DNA from: Gammaproteobacteria bacterium
Lineage (GTDB): Bacteria; Pseudomonadota; Gammaproteobacteria; Ga0077536
DNA: 64,000 bases
Assembly (NCBI GenBank): GCA_963662545.2
Contig: CAXXLL010000002.1
Coordinates: 1,216,001-1,280,000, forward strand
Direction of reading: 5' to 3'
Shown here: piece by piece, positions 19,336 through 29,326 of the stretch
Layout of the letters: every line of letters starts with the position of its first letter
Position numbering within the stretch: the first letter of the stretch is position 1
The notes under the pieces: model-generated
The model's database searches: none
What the model was told of the DNA's origin: nothing
What the model saw: only the letters and a program-made list of their open reading frames with translations
Program-made: the position numbers and the translations under genes

Positions 19336-19550
19336 GGGGATGAGCGCGGCGAGGCGTGCTATCAGGTACTCCGGGCGTCCTGCCTTTCGCCCCTGCGGGG
19401 CCAGCCTGCGGCTGTTCAAAATCGCTCCCGGCGATTTTGTCGAGCGGCTCTAAGAACACCTGGGTAGTGCCATCGCGATAAGGAATTTTTTTGAGAGCGT
19501 GTCGCACGAGGCACTGCGAGGTGCGTGACAACCGCTGCTCTGAGAGCGTC
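19336..19550 (-). pseudogene. IS91-family transposase relic interrupted by a ~75-bp structured insert
   Basis: Translates LSEQRLS...PYRDGTTQVFLEPLD-[insert ~19366-19440]-LIARLAALIP. Confidence 0.7.
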
Positions 19551-19586
19551 GATCGACCTTAATTCCCGATGCGATTCACACTCATG

Positions 19587-20279
19587 TTAGCCAAGCTGAT
19601 AACCACGCCCGGCGAGACACGTGGACCATGCGCGCCGGTAGTCCTGACCCGCGCCATCGTCTGCGACCGGATAGACCGTCGTTGCGGTCGGAGCCTGATT
19701 ATTGTTGGCTTGCCCAATCAGCCCGGCAAGCAGGCCCACGGCGGCGCCAACCGCGGCGCCGACACCCAGATCGCCCGCTAAGGCGCCACCCGCGGCACCC
19801 AGGGCGGCGCCACCCACGATACCGGTCACCGGATCATCGGGCAGTCCGTCCGGTGGCGGCGGAACACTTACGACCGTGCTTGCCCCAGTGCCGCGACCAG
19901 TCGGATCGTAGCTCGTTTGCTGCACTGCCCAGCGGTGGCATTCAAATTCATCTTGCGCCTGCTGCTCGACACCCTGGCCGCGTTGCGGATAGACGAAAAG
20001 GCGTTGCGCCTCAGGTTCGGCCTGCGCCGCCACGATTACGCTGCGTCCACGATAGGGCCAGTAATCATAGCCGTACCCATATCCAAAATGCGGATAATGA
20101 TGGCCGGAAAAAATCGATATTGATGGTCCGTAGTGGTGTCCGCCATGCCATCCATGATGATAGCCGCGGGCATTTGCGGCACCCGCGACGATCATCAGTA
20201 CACTTGCGACAAGGCCGATCAGTGGGGCTTTAAGGCGGCTGGCGTATGATTTAGAGCGCTCGAATGTATCCATAAGCAT
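19587..20279 (-). CDS. Exported glycine-zipper protein
   Basis: Signal-like segment, VYPQRGQ..EQQAQDEFECHRWA, GGAALGAAGGALAG, CLAGRGY. Confidence 0.8.
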   Translation of the reverse strand: MLMDTFERSKSYASRLKAPLIGLVASVLMIVAGAANARGYHHGWHGGHHYGPSISIFSGHHYPHFGYGYGYDYWPYRGRSVIVAAQAEPEAQRLFVYPQRGQGVEQQAQDEFECHRWAVQQTSYDPTGRGTGASTVVSVPPPPDGLPDDPVTGIVGGAALGAAGGALAGDLGVGAAVGAAVGLLAGLIGQANNNQAPTATTVYPVADDGAGQDYRRAWSTCLAGRGYQLG

Positions 20280-20363
20280 CTCCTTATAGCGATTATTACA
20301 ACTGCGCTTATCCGAAGCCTACGAGCTTGGACCGCGCGGCGGTTCTAATGCGCATTACATAGA

Positions 20364-20813
20364 CTATTCCTCGGGCCTGAAATTGCGATGGCGGTGCGCC
20401 ATTTTCTCGCGTTGCTCAGGCGTCAAAAGCTGCTCGATTTCGTAGCGCTTACGCGCATGCAGGATCATCATTTCCGTGAGCACCCCGCTTTGGTTTTCGA
20501 CCGCCTCGCGGACAGCGGCCTCATCAAATTCGTCGGCCTCGATCAATTCGCGCATGGATTTGTGCCCTTCCTTCATTTGTTGCACGTAAGGCTGAATCCT
20601 TTTGCGGTTGTCATCGGCAATGCGTTCGAGATCGCTACGCTGCAGCTCGCTAAGACCGAGTTCGGTGGCCATGCGTTCGATGTAGCGCGAACCGCCACCG
20701 AATCCGCCGCCAAAGTGCGGGGGGGCGGCCCATGCGATACCCGCTCCAGTCAGGATCACACCGGCCACGAACAATGGGCTAAGCAGCGTGGATCGATTTA
20801 TCCTATATGCCAT
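20364..20813 (-). CDS. Spy/CpxP family periplasmic chaperone
   Basis: Signal peptide, LGLSELQ and LLTPEQR (LTxxQ) motifs; divergent from the two-component pair. Confidence 0.85.
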   Translation of the reverse strand: MAYRINRSTLLSPLFVAGVILTGAGIAWAAPPHFGGGFGGGSRYIERMATELGLSELQRSDLERIADDNRKRIQPYVQQMKEGHKSMRELIEADEFDEAAVREAVENQSGVLTEMMILHARKRYEIEQLLTPEQREKMAHRHRNFRPEE

Positions 20814-21060
20814 TATGAGACTCCCGAGTGCGACTAACGTTCCGGAACCCACCTTGTCCCAAACTGTTTCAAGCATAGTGGTCTGAAATCTGGGAGTAAA
20901 TATGAAGGGGCCAGGTCGCGACACCTGATCGCGCACGCGGCGGATGACCGGAATGTGTAGAAACTGTGCAGATTCTGAGTAGATCGTGAAAATTCCTTGA
21001 TCGCACAGCGGTCCGTAACGCACCATCGCGCTTGGTTTATGACAATAAGGATACGCGCCA

Positions 21061-22465
21061 ATGCGCGTCAGACTATTTCACAAACTGTTTGCCGCCATCG
21101 TCATCGCGAGCCTGGCCAGCATAGGCTTTCTCGCCGTCACCGTGCGTTGGCATCTGGATAGCGGCTTTGAACGGTATCTCAACTACGAGCGTAACCTCCA
21201 CCTTGCAGAACTTGCGGCGCAACTCGTTCGGCACTATGAGCGGCACGGCAATTGGATGGCTTTCCACAATGCGCCCGACACCTGGCGCTGGATCGTGTTC
21301 GGATCACATCGCAAAGCGCTCGACCGCGATGACGAAAGCGCGTCGCGTGGCCCTTCTTCGTTTCATCTGCAACGATTACTGGGGACGAGGAAATTTACGC
21401 TTTACGATACCGACCATGTAATAGTTGCGGGTGGCTTACGCTTTACCGAAAGCGCCCGAGTACTGCCCATTGAGTTTGGCAACCGCACGGTCGGCTGGCT
21501 CGGAGCGCCACCGTATGCCGGGCCCGTGTCTGCACGCGATGTCCGCTTCGTGCAGCGCCAGGTCCAACTCCTCTCGACGGGGGCTGGCATTGCGTGCGTC
21601 CTGTCGATTGGAGTTGCGTTCTTCACGGCTCGACGTCTCGCCGCGCCAATCGAGCAGATTGGCCACGGTGCACGCCAACTCGCCGACGGCGATTTCGAAA
21701 CCCGCCTACCACCGTTAGGCCGTGACGAGATCGGTCAACTCGCCGATGACTTCAATGTTCTTGCCCGCACGCTACAGCACAACGAGTCGGAACGCAGGCG
21801 ATGGTTCGCCGATATCTCACACGAGCTGCGTACCCCCCCTCGCCATCATGCGTGGTGAAATCGATGCGGTGCATGACGGTGTACGGCCGAACGATCAACG
21901 ATTGATAGAATCACTCGGACATGAAACGCAGCGCCTTGAGCAGCTTATAGAGGACCTTTACCACCTCGCGCGTGCCGACCTAGGCACGCTCGATTATGAG
22001 TTTGCCCCGTGTTCGCCAGGCGCCATTATTACGCAGGCCCTGAACAGCTTCGCGCACCGCTTTGAGCAGACCGGGCTGAGCTACAATTACGATATCGATT
22101 CGCGCCTCGAGATCACCGGGGACAGCCGTCGCTTGTCGCAATTAGTCGACAATATTCTGGAAAATTGCTGCCGCTACGTCACTACACCCGGCCAGATCCA
22201 GGTTACGTTAAGCCGCATCGACGACGCGGCTGAAATACGCATCGAAGACAGCGGCCCGGGCGTTGCCGCCGATGAGTTCGACGATTTATTCAAGCCGTTC
22301 ACCCGCATTGAAAGCTCGCGCAACCGTTGCTTCGGTGGTTCGGGGCTCGGCCTCGCGATATGTCAACGCGTCGTCACCGCGCACGGTGGCAACATTACCG
22401 CCGCGCGCTCGGACTTTGGGGGCCTGGCGCTCATCATCCGTCTCCCACTTAGCGACGTAAACTAA
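21061..22465 (+). CDS. BaeS-like sensor histidine kinase, frameshifted in a C7 run (21833-21839)
   Basis: HAMP domain, DISHELRTP continues as LAIMRGEI in another frame, EDSGPGV, GGSGLGLAI; removing one C restores the frame. Confidence 0.85.
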
Positions 22466-22467
22466 TC

Positions 22468-23139
22468 ATGCATATACTCATCGTCGAAGACGAGGCCAAG
22501 ATTGCCGATCTACTCGCTGACTACCTCAAAGCCGCCGGTATGCGCACCACTATCATCAACGACGGTGCGGCCGCTACCGACGCAATCCGAGATCACCAGC
22601 CCGATCTCGTTCTGCTCGACGTCATGCTGCCGCACAAGGACGGCATGTCGGTCTGTCGTGAGGTGCGCGCCAAGAGCAATGTGCCCATCATCATGTTGAC
22701 TGCGCGCGGGGAGGAAATCGATCGGCTGCTCGGCCTCGAACTCGGCGCTGACGACTATGTCTGCAAGCCGTTTAGCCCGCGTGAAGTGGTTGCCCGAGTC
22801 AAAGCGATCCTGCGCCGGGTTGGGAAGGCAGCGCAGGATAACACTACGACGCCGCTGATCGAAATTGACGATTTCCGCATGCGCGTTGAACTCAACGGCG
22901 CACGCGTCGACCTGACTCCAGTTGAATTCAAACTATTGCAGGCGCTCGCGCGCCATGTGGGCCGCGTTTATCGCCGTGACGAGTTACTCGACGTAATTTA
23001 CGATGACTTTCGCGACGTCTCCGATCGCACCGTCGACAGCCACATCAAAAACCTGCGCCGAAAACTCGGCCAAGCGCTGCCGAGCCATCCGCTCATCCAT
23101 TCCGTCTACGGTATTGGCTATAAGCTTGAACTAAACTAA
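22468..23139 (+). CDS. OmpR/BaeR-family response regulator
   Basis: ILIVEDE, LLDVMLP, GADDYVCKPF, RTVDSHIKNLRRK. Confidence 0.93.
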   Translation: MHILIVEDEAKIADLLADYLKAAGMRTTIINDGAAATDAIRDHQPDLVLLDVMLPHKDGMSVCREVRAKSNVPIIMLTARGEEIDRLLGLELGADDYVCKPFSPREVVARVKAILRRVGKAAQDNTTTPLIEIDDFRMRVELNGARVDLTPVEFKLLQALARHVGRVYRRDELLDVIYDDFRDVSDRTVDSHIKNLRRKLGQALPSHPLIHSVYGIGYKLELN

Positions 23140-23169
23140 GGTACCTCGAGGAAAAGGAGGAAAAAGGAC

Positions 23170-23222
23170 GAGGAAAAAGGGACGGAGGGATTAAAAATTA
23201 ATCCCTCCGTCCCTTTTTCCTC
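23170..23222. repeat. Perfect 25-bp inverted repeat between convergent genes
   Basis: GAGGAAAAAGGGACGGAGGGATTAA-aaa-TTAATCCCTCCGTCCCTTTTTCCTC. Confidence 0.85.
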
Positions 23223-23275
23223 TTTTCCATCGAATTACGTAACCGGGACAGCATAGACCTCGAGGTCCGAATCGC

Positions 23276-25597
23276 TCAAGCGCCCGGCAGCCGCAGCACG
23301 TGCTTCGCGAGAATATTTCGTTGGATCTCGTTCGAGCCGGCGTATATCGTCGCCGGCCGCGCGTTGTAGAACTGGCTCAGGACGTCGATCTCGGCGCCGT
23401 TAAAATCGATCTTGCCCACGGTCGCGCCGCCGGATCCGGCGGCGTCCAGCATCAATTCACTCAGTCGCGCGAACGTTTCCGTCGCCCAGATCTTGAGCAG
23501 TGATACATCGGGCCCCAGCGTCTCACCGCGCCGCACGATGTCGGCGAAGTGCTTATAGGTCGTCTCCAGATCGAGCACGTCGAGCTTGAGGCGATTGAGC
23601 TTGTCCGTAAACGCGGCGTTCTCGTAAAGTCCACAGGCCATCGCCATCGCCTCCAAGCGGTTGAGCACGTACTGGGACTGCTTGGGGCTGCCCAGGAAGA
23701 TGCGCTCGAATCCGAGCAGCGCCTTAGCGATCGTCCAGCCCTGATTGATCTCTCCGACCAGGCAGTCCGCGGCCACGCGCACGTCGTCCAGGAAAACCTC
23801 GCAGAACTCCTCGTGTCCCGCGAGATTGCGGATGGGACGTATCGTCACGCCCGGCTGGTTGAGATCGATTAAGAAGAAGCTGATCCCTTCCTGTTGCTTG
23901 CCTTCCTTGGATGTGCGTACGAGGCAGAACATGTGGGTCGCGTCCTGCGCGAGCGTCGTCCAGGTCTTCTGGCCGTTGACCACGAACTCGTCGCCGTCGC
24001 GCACTGCCTCGGTCTTGAGGCTGGCGAGATCCGATCCTGCGTTCGGTTCTGAATAACCCTGACACCAGATCTCCTCGCCCGCGAGGATCGTCGGCAGGAA
24101 ACGCGCGCACTGCTCGGATGTCCCGTGGTTGATCAACAACGGGCCCACCATCTGGATCCCCATATCCGGCGCGCGTGCGATCCCGAGGCGTTCCTGTTCT
24201 TCGTAATAGATGAGGAGTTTCGTCGGTGACAAGCCCATGCCGCCGTGTTCGACGGGCCAGGCGGGCGCAACCCAGCCTTTCGCCGATAGCTTTAAGTACC
24301 AGGGCTTGATCTCGTGCCAGCGTGGCCGCCGCGAGGGATGGCGCATGTCGGCGGGGTATTCACTTTCGAACCAGCGGCGCACGAGGGCGCGAAAGGCGTC
24401 GTCCGAGAGGGCATTCCAATCGCTGTCGGGGGGGTCGACGACGACGGTACCGGGTGCGGACTGATCTTCGCGCCGGTCGTCCGCCTTGACGAGGTCGCCG
24501 AGGCGCCGGCAGTGAAACGTCCCGTTGCCATAGCGCGCCGCAAGCACCAACGCACGATTGAGATACAGGCCGACGTCGCATTCATCGGTATAACCGATCC
24601 CGCCGTGCATCTGCACGGCCTGCCGCGCGATCTGGAGCGCTGCTTCACCCGCACGGTATTTGGCACGGCTCGCGGCGCGGGCGCGCGTTGCGTCGTCGGT
24701 GGCGCCATCGAATAAGGTGAGACATTCCTCGATGACCGACTGGGCCATCGTTTTCTGGATGTAGAGATCGACGGCCCGGTGCTGCAGCGCTTGGAAGCTG
24801 CCGATGGCGTGGCCAAATTGTTCGCGCGTGCGGAGATACTCGAGTGTTATCTCCAACAACGCCTCAGCCAATCCGACGAGGTAAGCACTGGCGGCGAGCC
24901 GCGCCGATTCGCGAGTGCGCGCGATTGCAATATCTGCTTCTGCACCGCGTATCAAGACGTCCGCGAGGTCGCATGTCGCGCCTGCGAAGACGACATCGCC
25001 GGATGTGCTGCCATCGGCGAGCGTCCGCGACGCAACGCGGACGCCGCTTGTCCCGGCGGCGATGTATACGATCGCGGGTTCGTCGTCGATCTGGACGGGC
25101 ACGATGAATCCGTCTGCATCAGGCGCGAAGGGGAGATCGTTCGCCGTGCCATCGAGGCGCAAGCCCCGCCCTTCAGCAACGGCCTGAATGCCCTTCGTCG
25201 TGCCGGATGGGGCTTCTCCGCTTTCCATCAGGGCGAGCGTGACGAGCGCCGCACCGCTTACGACCCGCGCGAGAATTTCATCGCTACCTGGCGTTGCGGC
25301 CATCGCTAGGAGCGCCGCGGACGCGGATGATTCGATCATCGGCTCGGGCGCAACCACGCGCCCGAGCTGGCGACAGATGGCCCCGAGCGCGGCGGTGCCG
25401 AGTCCCAGACCCTGTGCATTTTCGGGAACGGTCACCGATGCCCATCCGAGACCGCACATATCGCGCCAGGCGTTTCCATCGAAGGCGGGCGCCGCGCCGC
25501 GGAGCGCCCGCAGGCGTCCGACGTCGAGCGAGCGCCGGCAGAAGTCTTCCGCGCTGTCGCGGAGCATGTCGATGGTTTGCTGATCGGTTGTGCTCAT
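23276..25597 (-). CDS. Two-domain fused acyl-CoA dehydrogenase
   Basis: Domain 1 REQFGHAIGSFQALQH / QMHGGIG; domain 2 WCQGYSEPNAGSDLASL, NGQKTWT, TIYAGSNEIQRN; start set at MSTTDQ. Confidence 0.9.
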   Translation of the reverse strand: MSTTDQQTIDMLRDSAEDFCRRSLDVGRLRALRGAAPAFDGNAWRDMCGLGWASVTVPENAQGLGLGTAALGAICRQLGRVVAPEPMIESSASAALLAMAATPGSDEILARVVSGAALVTLALMESGEAPSGTTKGIQAVAEGRGLRLDGTANDLPFAPDADGFIVPVQIDDEPAIVYIAAGTSGVRVASRTLADGSTSGDVVFAGATCDLADVLIRGAEADIAIARTRESARLAASAYLVGLAEALLEITLEYLRTREQFGHAIGSFQALQHRAVDLYIQKTMAQSVIEECLTLFDGATDDATRARAASRAKYRAGEAALQIARQAVQMHGGIGYTDECDVGLYLNRALVLAARYGNGTFHCRRLGDLVKADDRREDQSAPGTVVVDPPDSDWNALSDDAFRALVRRWFESEYPADMRHPSRRPRWHEIKPWYLKLSAKGWVAPAWPVEHGGMGLSPTKLLIYYEEQERLGIARAPDMGIQMVGPLLINHGTSEQCARFLPTILAGEEIWCQGYSEPNAGSDLASLKTEAVRDGDEFVVNGQKTWTTLAQDATHMFCLVRTSKEGKQQEGISFFLIDLNQPGVTIRPIRNLAGHEEFCEVFLDDVRVAADCLVGEINQGWTIAKALLGFERIFLGSPKQSQYVLNRLEAMAMACGLYENAAFTDKLNRLKLDVLDLETTYKHFADIVRRGETLGPDVSLLKIWATETFARLSELMLDAAGSGGATVGKIDFNGAEIDVLSQFYNARPATIYAGSNEIQRNILAKHVLRLPGA

Positions 25598-25636
25598 GTC
25601 TTCTGCTTGATCATTCTCTTGTGACTCGAAATCCGG

Positions 25637-25697
25637 TTCGCGCGCAAGCGCGCTCCTACGGTGGCTCCCGTCGGGTAGGAGCGCGCTTGCGCGCAAA
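25637..25697. repeat. GTAG-type REP doublet
   Basis: TTCGCGCGCAAGCGCGCTCCTAC ... GTAGGAGCGCGCTTGCGCGCAAA in inverted orientation. Confidence 0.7.
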
Positions 25698-25889
25698 TAA
25701 GCCATTTGTTGTGATCGCCCGCGTCGATATCCCCTCGTTGTTTCTAAAGACAATAATGCCTGCCCGCAATCAAGTAAATGCCTGTCCGTGGCGAATGGCG
25801 CGGTGCCACACCGAAGATTTGTTAGCATTACCGGGCCCGCCACGAGGCATGCGGAATGGCCCAGGGCACCGCAGCCAGGAGAAACAAGC

Positions 25890-26666
25890 TTGAACCCGGA
25901 ATTCGTCAAACTCGACCTCATCGAGGACTTCATCGCACTCGTTCAATTCGCCAACCCGCCGGTTAATGCGCACAGCCAACCGTTGCTTGAGGAGATCACC
26001 GCGACCTTCGATACGGTCAGTGACCGTGACGATATCCGTGTCGTCGTGTTGAGCGGGGAGGGCAAGGTGTTCTGTGCCGGAGCCGACATTAAGGAACGGG
26101 TCGGCACCGAGCCGCAGCACGGCGATCACTGGCATCGCAGCCGACGCGCGCGAGAGGCCTACCACAGCATCATGGAATGCAGAAAGCCGGTCATCGGTGC
26201 GCTCAACGGGCCGGCACTCGGCGGCGGGCTGGCGTTCGCGGCGTCCTGCGACATCCTGATAGCGAGCGAAAGCGGTTGCCTCGGGCTTCCGGAAATCGAC
26301 GTGGGGCTCCTCGGCGGCGGGCGCCATGCGCAGCGCCTGTTCGGCCATTCACGGTTGCGGCGCATGATGTTGACGGGGATGCGCGTCTACGGCCCGGATT
26401 TATATCGGCTCGGTATAGTTGAAGCCTGTGTGCCGCCCGAAGATCTCATGGATGCCGCGCTTGGCATCGCACGGGAGATCGCCGCCAAGAGCCCGCTGGC
26501 AGTCAAGCTCGCCAAGCACGCGCTCAATCAGATCGAGGAAATGAGCCTGCGCGACGGCTATCGGTTTGAACAGACCATGACCGGTGAGCTCGGCCAGACG
26601 GAAGATTCGAAAGAGGCGATGCGCGCGTTCGTAGAGAAGCGTGCGCCGGTGTATACCGGGCGGTGA
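25890..26666 (+). CDS. Enoyl-CoA hydratase/isomerase
   Basis: FCAGADIKE, KPVIGALNGPALGGG, GLPEIDVG; TTG start after AGGAG. Confidence 0.92.
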   Translation: MNPEFVKLDLIEDFIALVQFANPPVNAHSQPLLEEITATFDTVSDRDDIRVVVLSGEGKVFCAGADIKERVGTEPQHGDHWHRSRRAREAYHSIMECRKPVIGALNGPALGGGLAFAASCDILIASESGCLGLPEIDVGLLGGGRHAQRLFGHSRLRRMMLTGMRVYGPDLYRLGIVEACVPPEDLMDAALGIAREIAAKSPLAVKLAKHALNQIEEMSLRDGYRFEQTMTGELGQTEDSKEAMRAFVEKRAPVYTGR

Positions 26667-26746
26667 TCGAATAGCGGGAGCGCCTGCGCCCGCCTCGCCA
26701 ACAGGCTTATAATCGGACCGTCGTTCAGGCGAAATGGAGGCGTCTA

Positions 26747-27838
26747 ATGGCCAGCCTGTATCACGATTCACTGTATCCGGTACGCGATAAGCTCGACGAA
26801 GCCCATCGTGACATCGTCGTATCGTTGTCGCGGCCCGGCACGTGGTGGTCGGGCGCGGAGCGCGCCGCTCTCGCAGAAAGCGTGCGCAAGGCGCGGCGCG
26901 ATGCCGGTATTCAGGACGATGCGCCGGAACCTGCGAGCGAGCTTGCTGAGGTGCCGGATAGCGCGCGCCGTGTGGTGAGCAAGATCGCGGTTTCGCCGGA
27001 AACCATCGATCGCTCGTTGCTCGACGACGCCCTGGCCGATGGTCTCGGCGAGGAAGCTTACGTGGAAGCAGTTGCTATTGCCGTACGCCTTTCGAACGTC
27101 GACGATTTCGCGCGCGGCCTCGGGGTCGAAGCGCCCGCCTTGCCACCCGTCGTAGCAGGTGAACCGTCGCGGGTGCGGCCCGCCGAAGCGGTCGACGAAG
27201 GTGCGTGGCTGCCGACGATCCCGAGCGGCGAGGCGGGCGGCGAGACGGGTAAGCGCCTATACGGGAAGGAATGGGCCGCGAACATATTGCGTGCGCTGAG
27301 CCTGGTGCCAGACGAATGCGCATCGATCATCGCGTTGGAGGACGTCCAGTACCGCTCCGTGAAGACGATCATGGACTTCGATTTTACCCACGATCCCGCC
27401 ATAGCGCGCTCCCAGGTCGAGCTCGTCGCCGCGCGGGTGTCCGCGCTGAACACCTGTTTCTACTGAACCAGCTGGCACGTGATGCTGCTCCGGGAGAGCG
27501 GCCAGGCGAAGGCAAAGCACTATGAACTCCAAGGCGTTACCGATCGATCGCTCGAAACGGGAGTAGAAAACGAAGATGTCCTGCTTGCATACGCCGAAGC
27601 ATTCTGGAACAAAGACCGTGGCGTACTCGACCGCGCGCGCGCGGCGCTTGCCGAACGAATGGGCGCGGGCGCTGTCGTCGAGGCGGCGATCACGGTCGCC
27701 AATTTCGGCATGGTGGACCGAATTGCCAATTCGATCGGGATCCCGCTCGACGCCATGGCTGTTTCGGCCACCAGCGATTTCCGCGCCGTACTCGGCATTG
27801 ATCAGTTCCCTTCCGCGCGCAATACGCTACCAGCGTAA
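26747..27838 (+). CDS. Alkylhydroperoxidase (AhpD/CMD)-related selenoprotein (Sec240, UGA at 27464-27466)
   Basis: ORFs 26747-27466 and 27479-27838 join in frame: QVELVAARVSALNT-CFYU-TSWH (CxxU); C-terminal VEAAITVANFGMVDRIANSIGIPLD; 363 aa. Confidence 0.88.
27484..27502 (+). promoter_or_regulatory. SECIS-like hairpin of the AhpD-like gene
   Basis: GCUGCUC-CGGGA-GAGCGGC, loop 25 nt after the UGA. Confidence 0.65.
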
Positions 27839-27895
27839 ACCTGACGGCGACGGTCGCGGTACGCGGCGGCAGATTCACGCCGTGACAGTGGGCCT

Positions 27896-29326
27896 ATGAG
27901 CATGAACCGCACGAAAAACGAATTGCTGCGGGCGGTGCCTTCGATCGACGAACTGCTGCGCATCGAGCCCGGCGAAGCGCTGGCGGAACGCTACGGTCGC
28001 GAACTGACGACCAGCGTGCTGCGCGAGGTGGCCGATAACGTGCGTGCGGCGCTCGTCAAGCGCGGCGAAGCAGAGCTTGACGAGGCGGCACCGGAAGCGA
28101 TGGTCGAAGCCGCTGCCGACCGGATTGTCGTGCTACTCGAACCCCGTCTCAAACCGGTTTTCAACCTCACCGGCACGGTGCTGCATACCAATCTCGGCCG
28201 CGCGCCGCTGCCGGTCGAAGCGATCGCGGCGATGACGACAGTCGCGCGCGGCGGTAGCAACCTTGAATACGATCTCGACACTGGACGCCGCGGCGATCGC
28301 GACACGCACCTCGAAGACTGGATCTGCCGCCTGACGGGAGCCGAGGCGGCGACCGTGGTCAACAACAACGCGGCGGCTGTGTTGCTGCTGCTGAATACAC
28401 TCGCGCGCCGCAAAGAGGTGCCAGTGTCGCGCGGCGAACTGGTGGAGATCGGCGGCGCATTTCGGATCCCCGACGTCATGGCGCGCGCCGGTTCAAAATT
28501 GGTGGAAGTCGGCTCGACCAACCGCACCCACCTGGCCGATTACGACCACGCGCTGAATGATCGCACGGCACTGGTGATGAAAGTGCACACGAGCAACTAC
28601 GTCATCGAGGGATTCACTGCCGAGGTCACGGTGAAGGATCTGGCGGCTCGGGCGCATGCCCATGACATTCCCATGGCCGTCGATCTCGGCAGCGGCACTT
28701 TGGTTGACCTCACCCGCTACGGTCTGCCACGAGAGCCCACGGTAGTCGAGACCCTGGCCGACGGCGCCGATCTCGTGACCTTCAGCGGTGACAAGCTGTT
28801 GGGTGGACCGCAATCCGGCATCATCGCGGGGCGCCGTGACCTCGTTCGCCGCATCAAGCGGAACCCGATGAAGCGCGCACTGCGTGTCGACAAGTTGACC
28901 ATCGCGGCGCTGGCGGCGGTCTTGCGACTGTACGCAGATCCCGCGCGCTTAACCGAGCGCCTGCCGGCGCTGCGTTTGCTGACACGGACCGCCGACGAAA
29001 TCGAGACGCTTGCCCGGCATCTCGTGCCGGTCCTCCAAATCGCGGTTGGCGACAAAGCAAAGGTCAACGCCGTTCCCTGCAAGAGCCAGATCGGTAGTGG
29101 TGCCCTGCCGGTCGATCTCTTAGCGAGCTTTGCATTGCGGGTCGAACTGCCCGCCGCCCGCGGCCGCGCGATCGAACGCCTGGCACAAGCGTTTCGCCGC
29201 CTGCCCATACCCGTGATCGGCCGCATCGACGATGGCGCTTTCGTCATGGATCTCCGCTGTCTCGATGATGAGCGCCGCTTCATCGAGCAACTGCGCGACG
29301 TGAGCCACTCGAACCCGCTCGCATGA
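27896..29326 (+). CDS. selA: L-seryl-tRNA(Sec) selenium transferase
   Basis: [50 protein letters not shown]. Confidence 0.97.
   Translation: MSMNRTKNELLRAVPSIDELLRIEPGEALAERYGRELTTSVLREVADNVRAALVKRGEAELDEAAPEAMVEAAADRIVVLLEPRLKPVFNLTGTVLHTNLGRAPLPVEAIAAMTTVARGGSNLEYDLDTGRRGDRDTHLEDWICRLTGAEAATVVNNNAAAVLLLLNTLARRKEVPVSRGELVEIGGAFRIPDVMARAGSKLVEVGSTNRTHLADYDHALNDRTALVMKVHTSNYVIEGFTAEVTVKDLAARAHAHDIPMAVDLGSGTLVDLTRYGLPREPTVVETLADGADLVTFSGDKLLGGPQSGIIAGRRDLVRRIKRNPMKRALRVDKLTIAALAAVLRLYADPARLTERLPALRLLTRTADEIETLARHLVPVLQIAVGDKAKVNAVPCKSQIGSGALPVDLLASFALRVELPAARGRAIERLAQAFRRLPIPVIGRIDDGAFVMDLRCLDDERRFIEQLRDVSHSNPLA

Noticed and set aside
25598-25933. N-terminal extensions of the ACAD and enoyl-CoA hydratase ORFs
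   Set aside because: The extensions overlap each other and a REP doublet; better starts are 25597 and 25890
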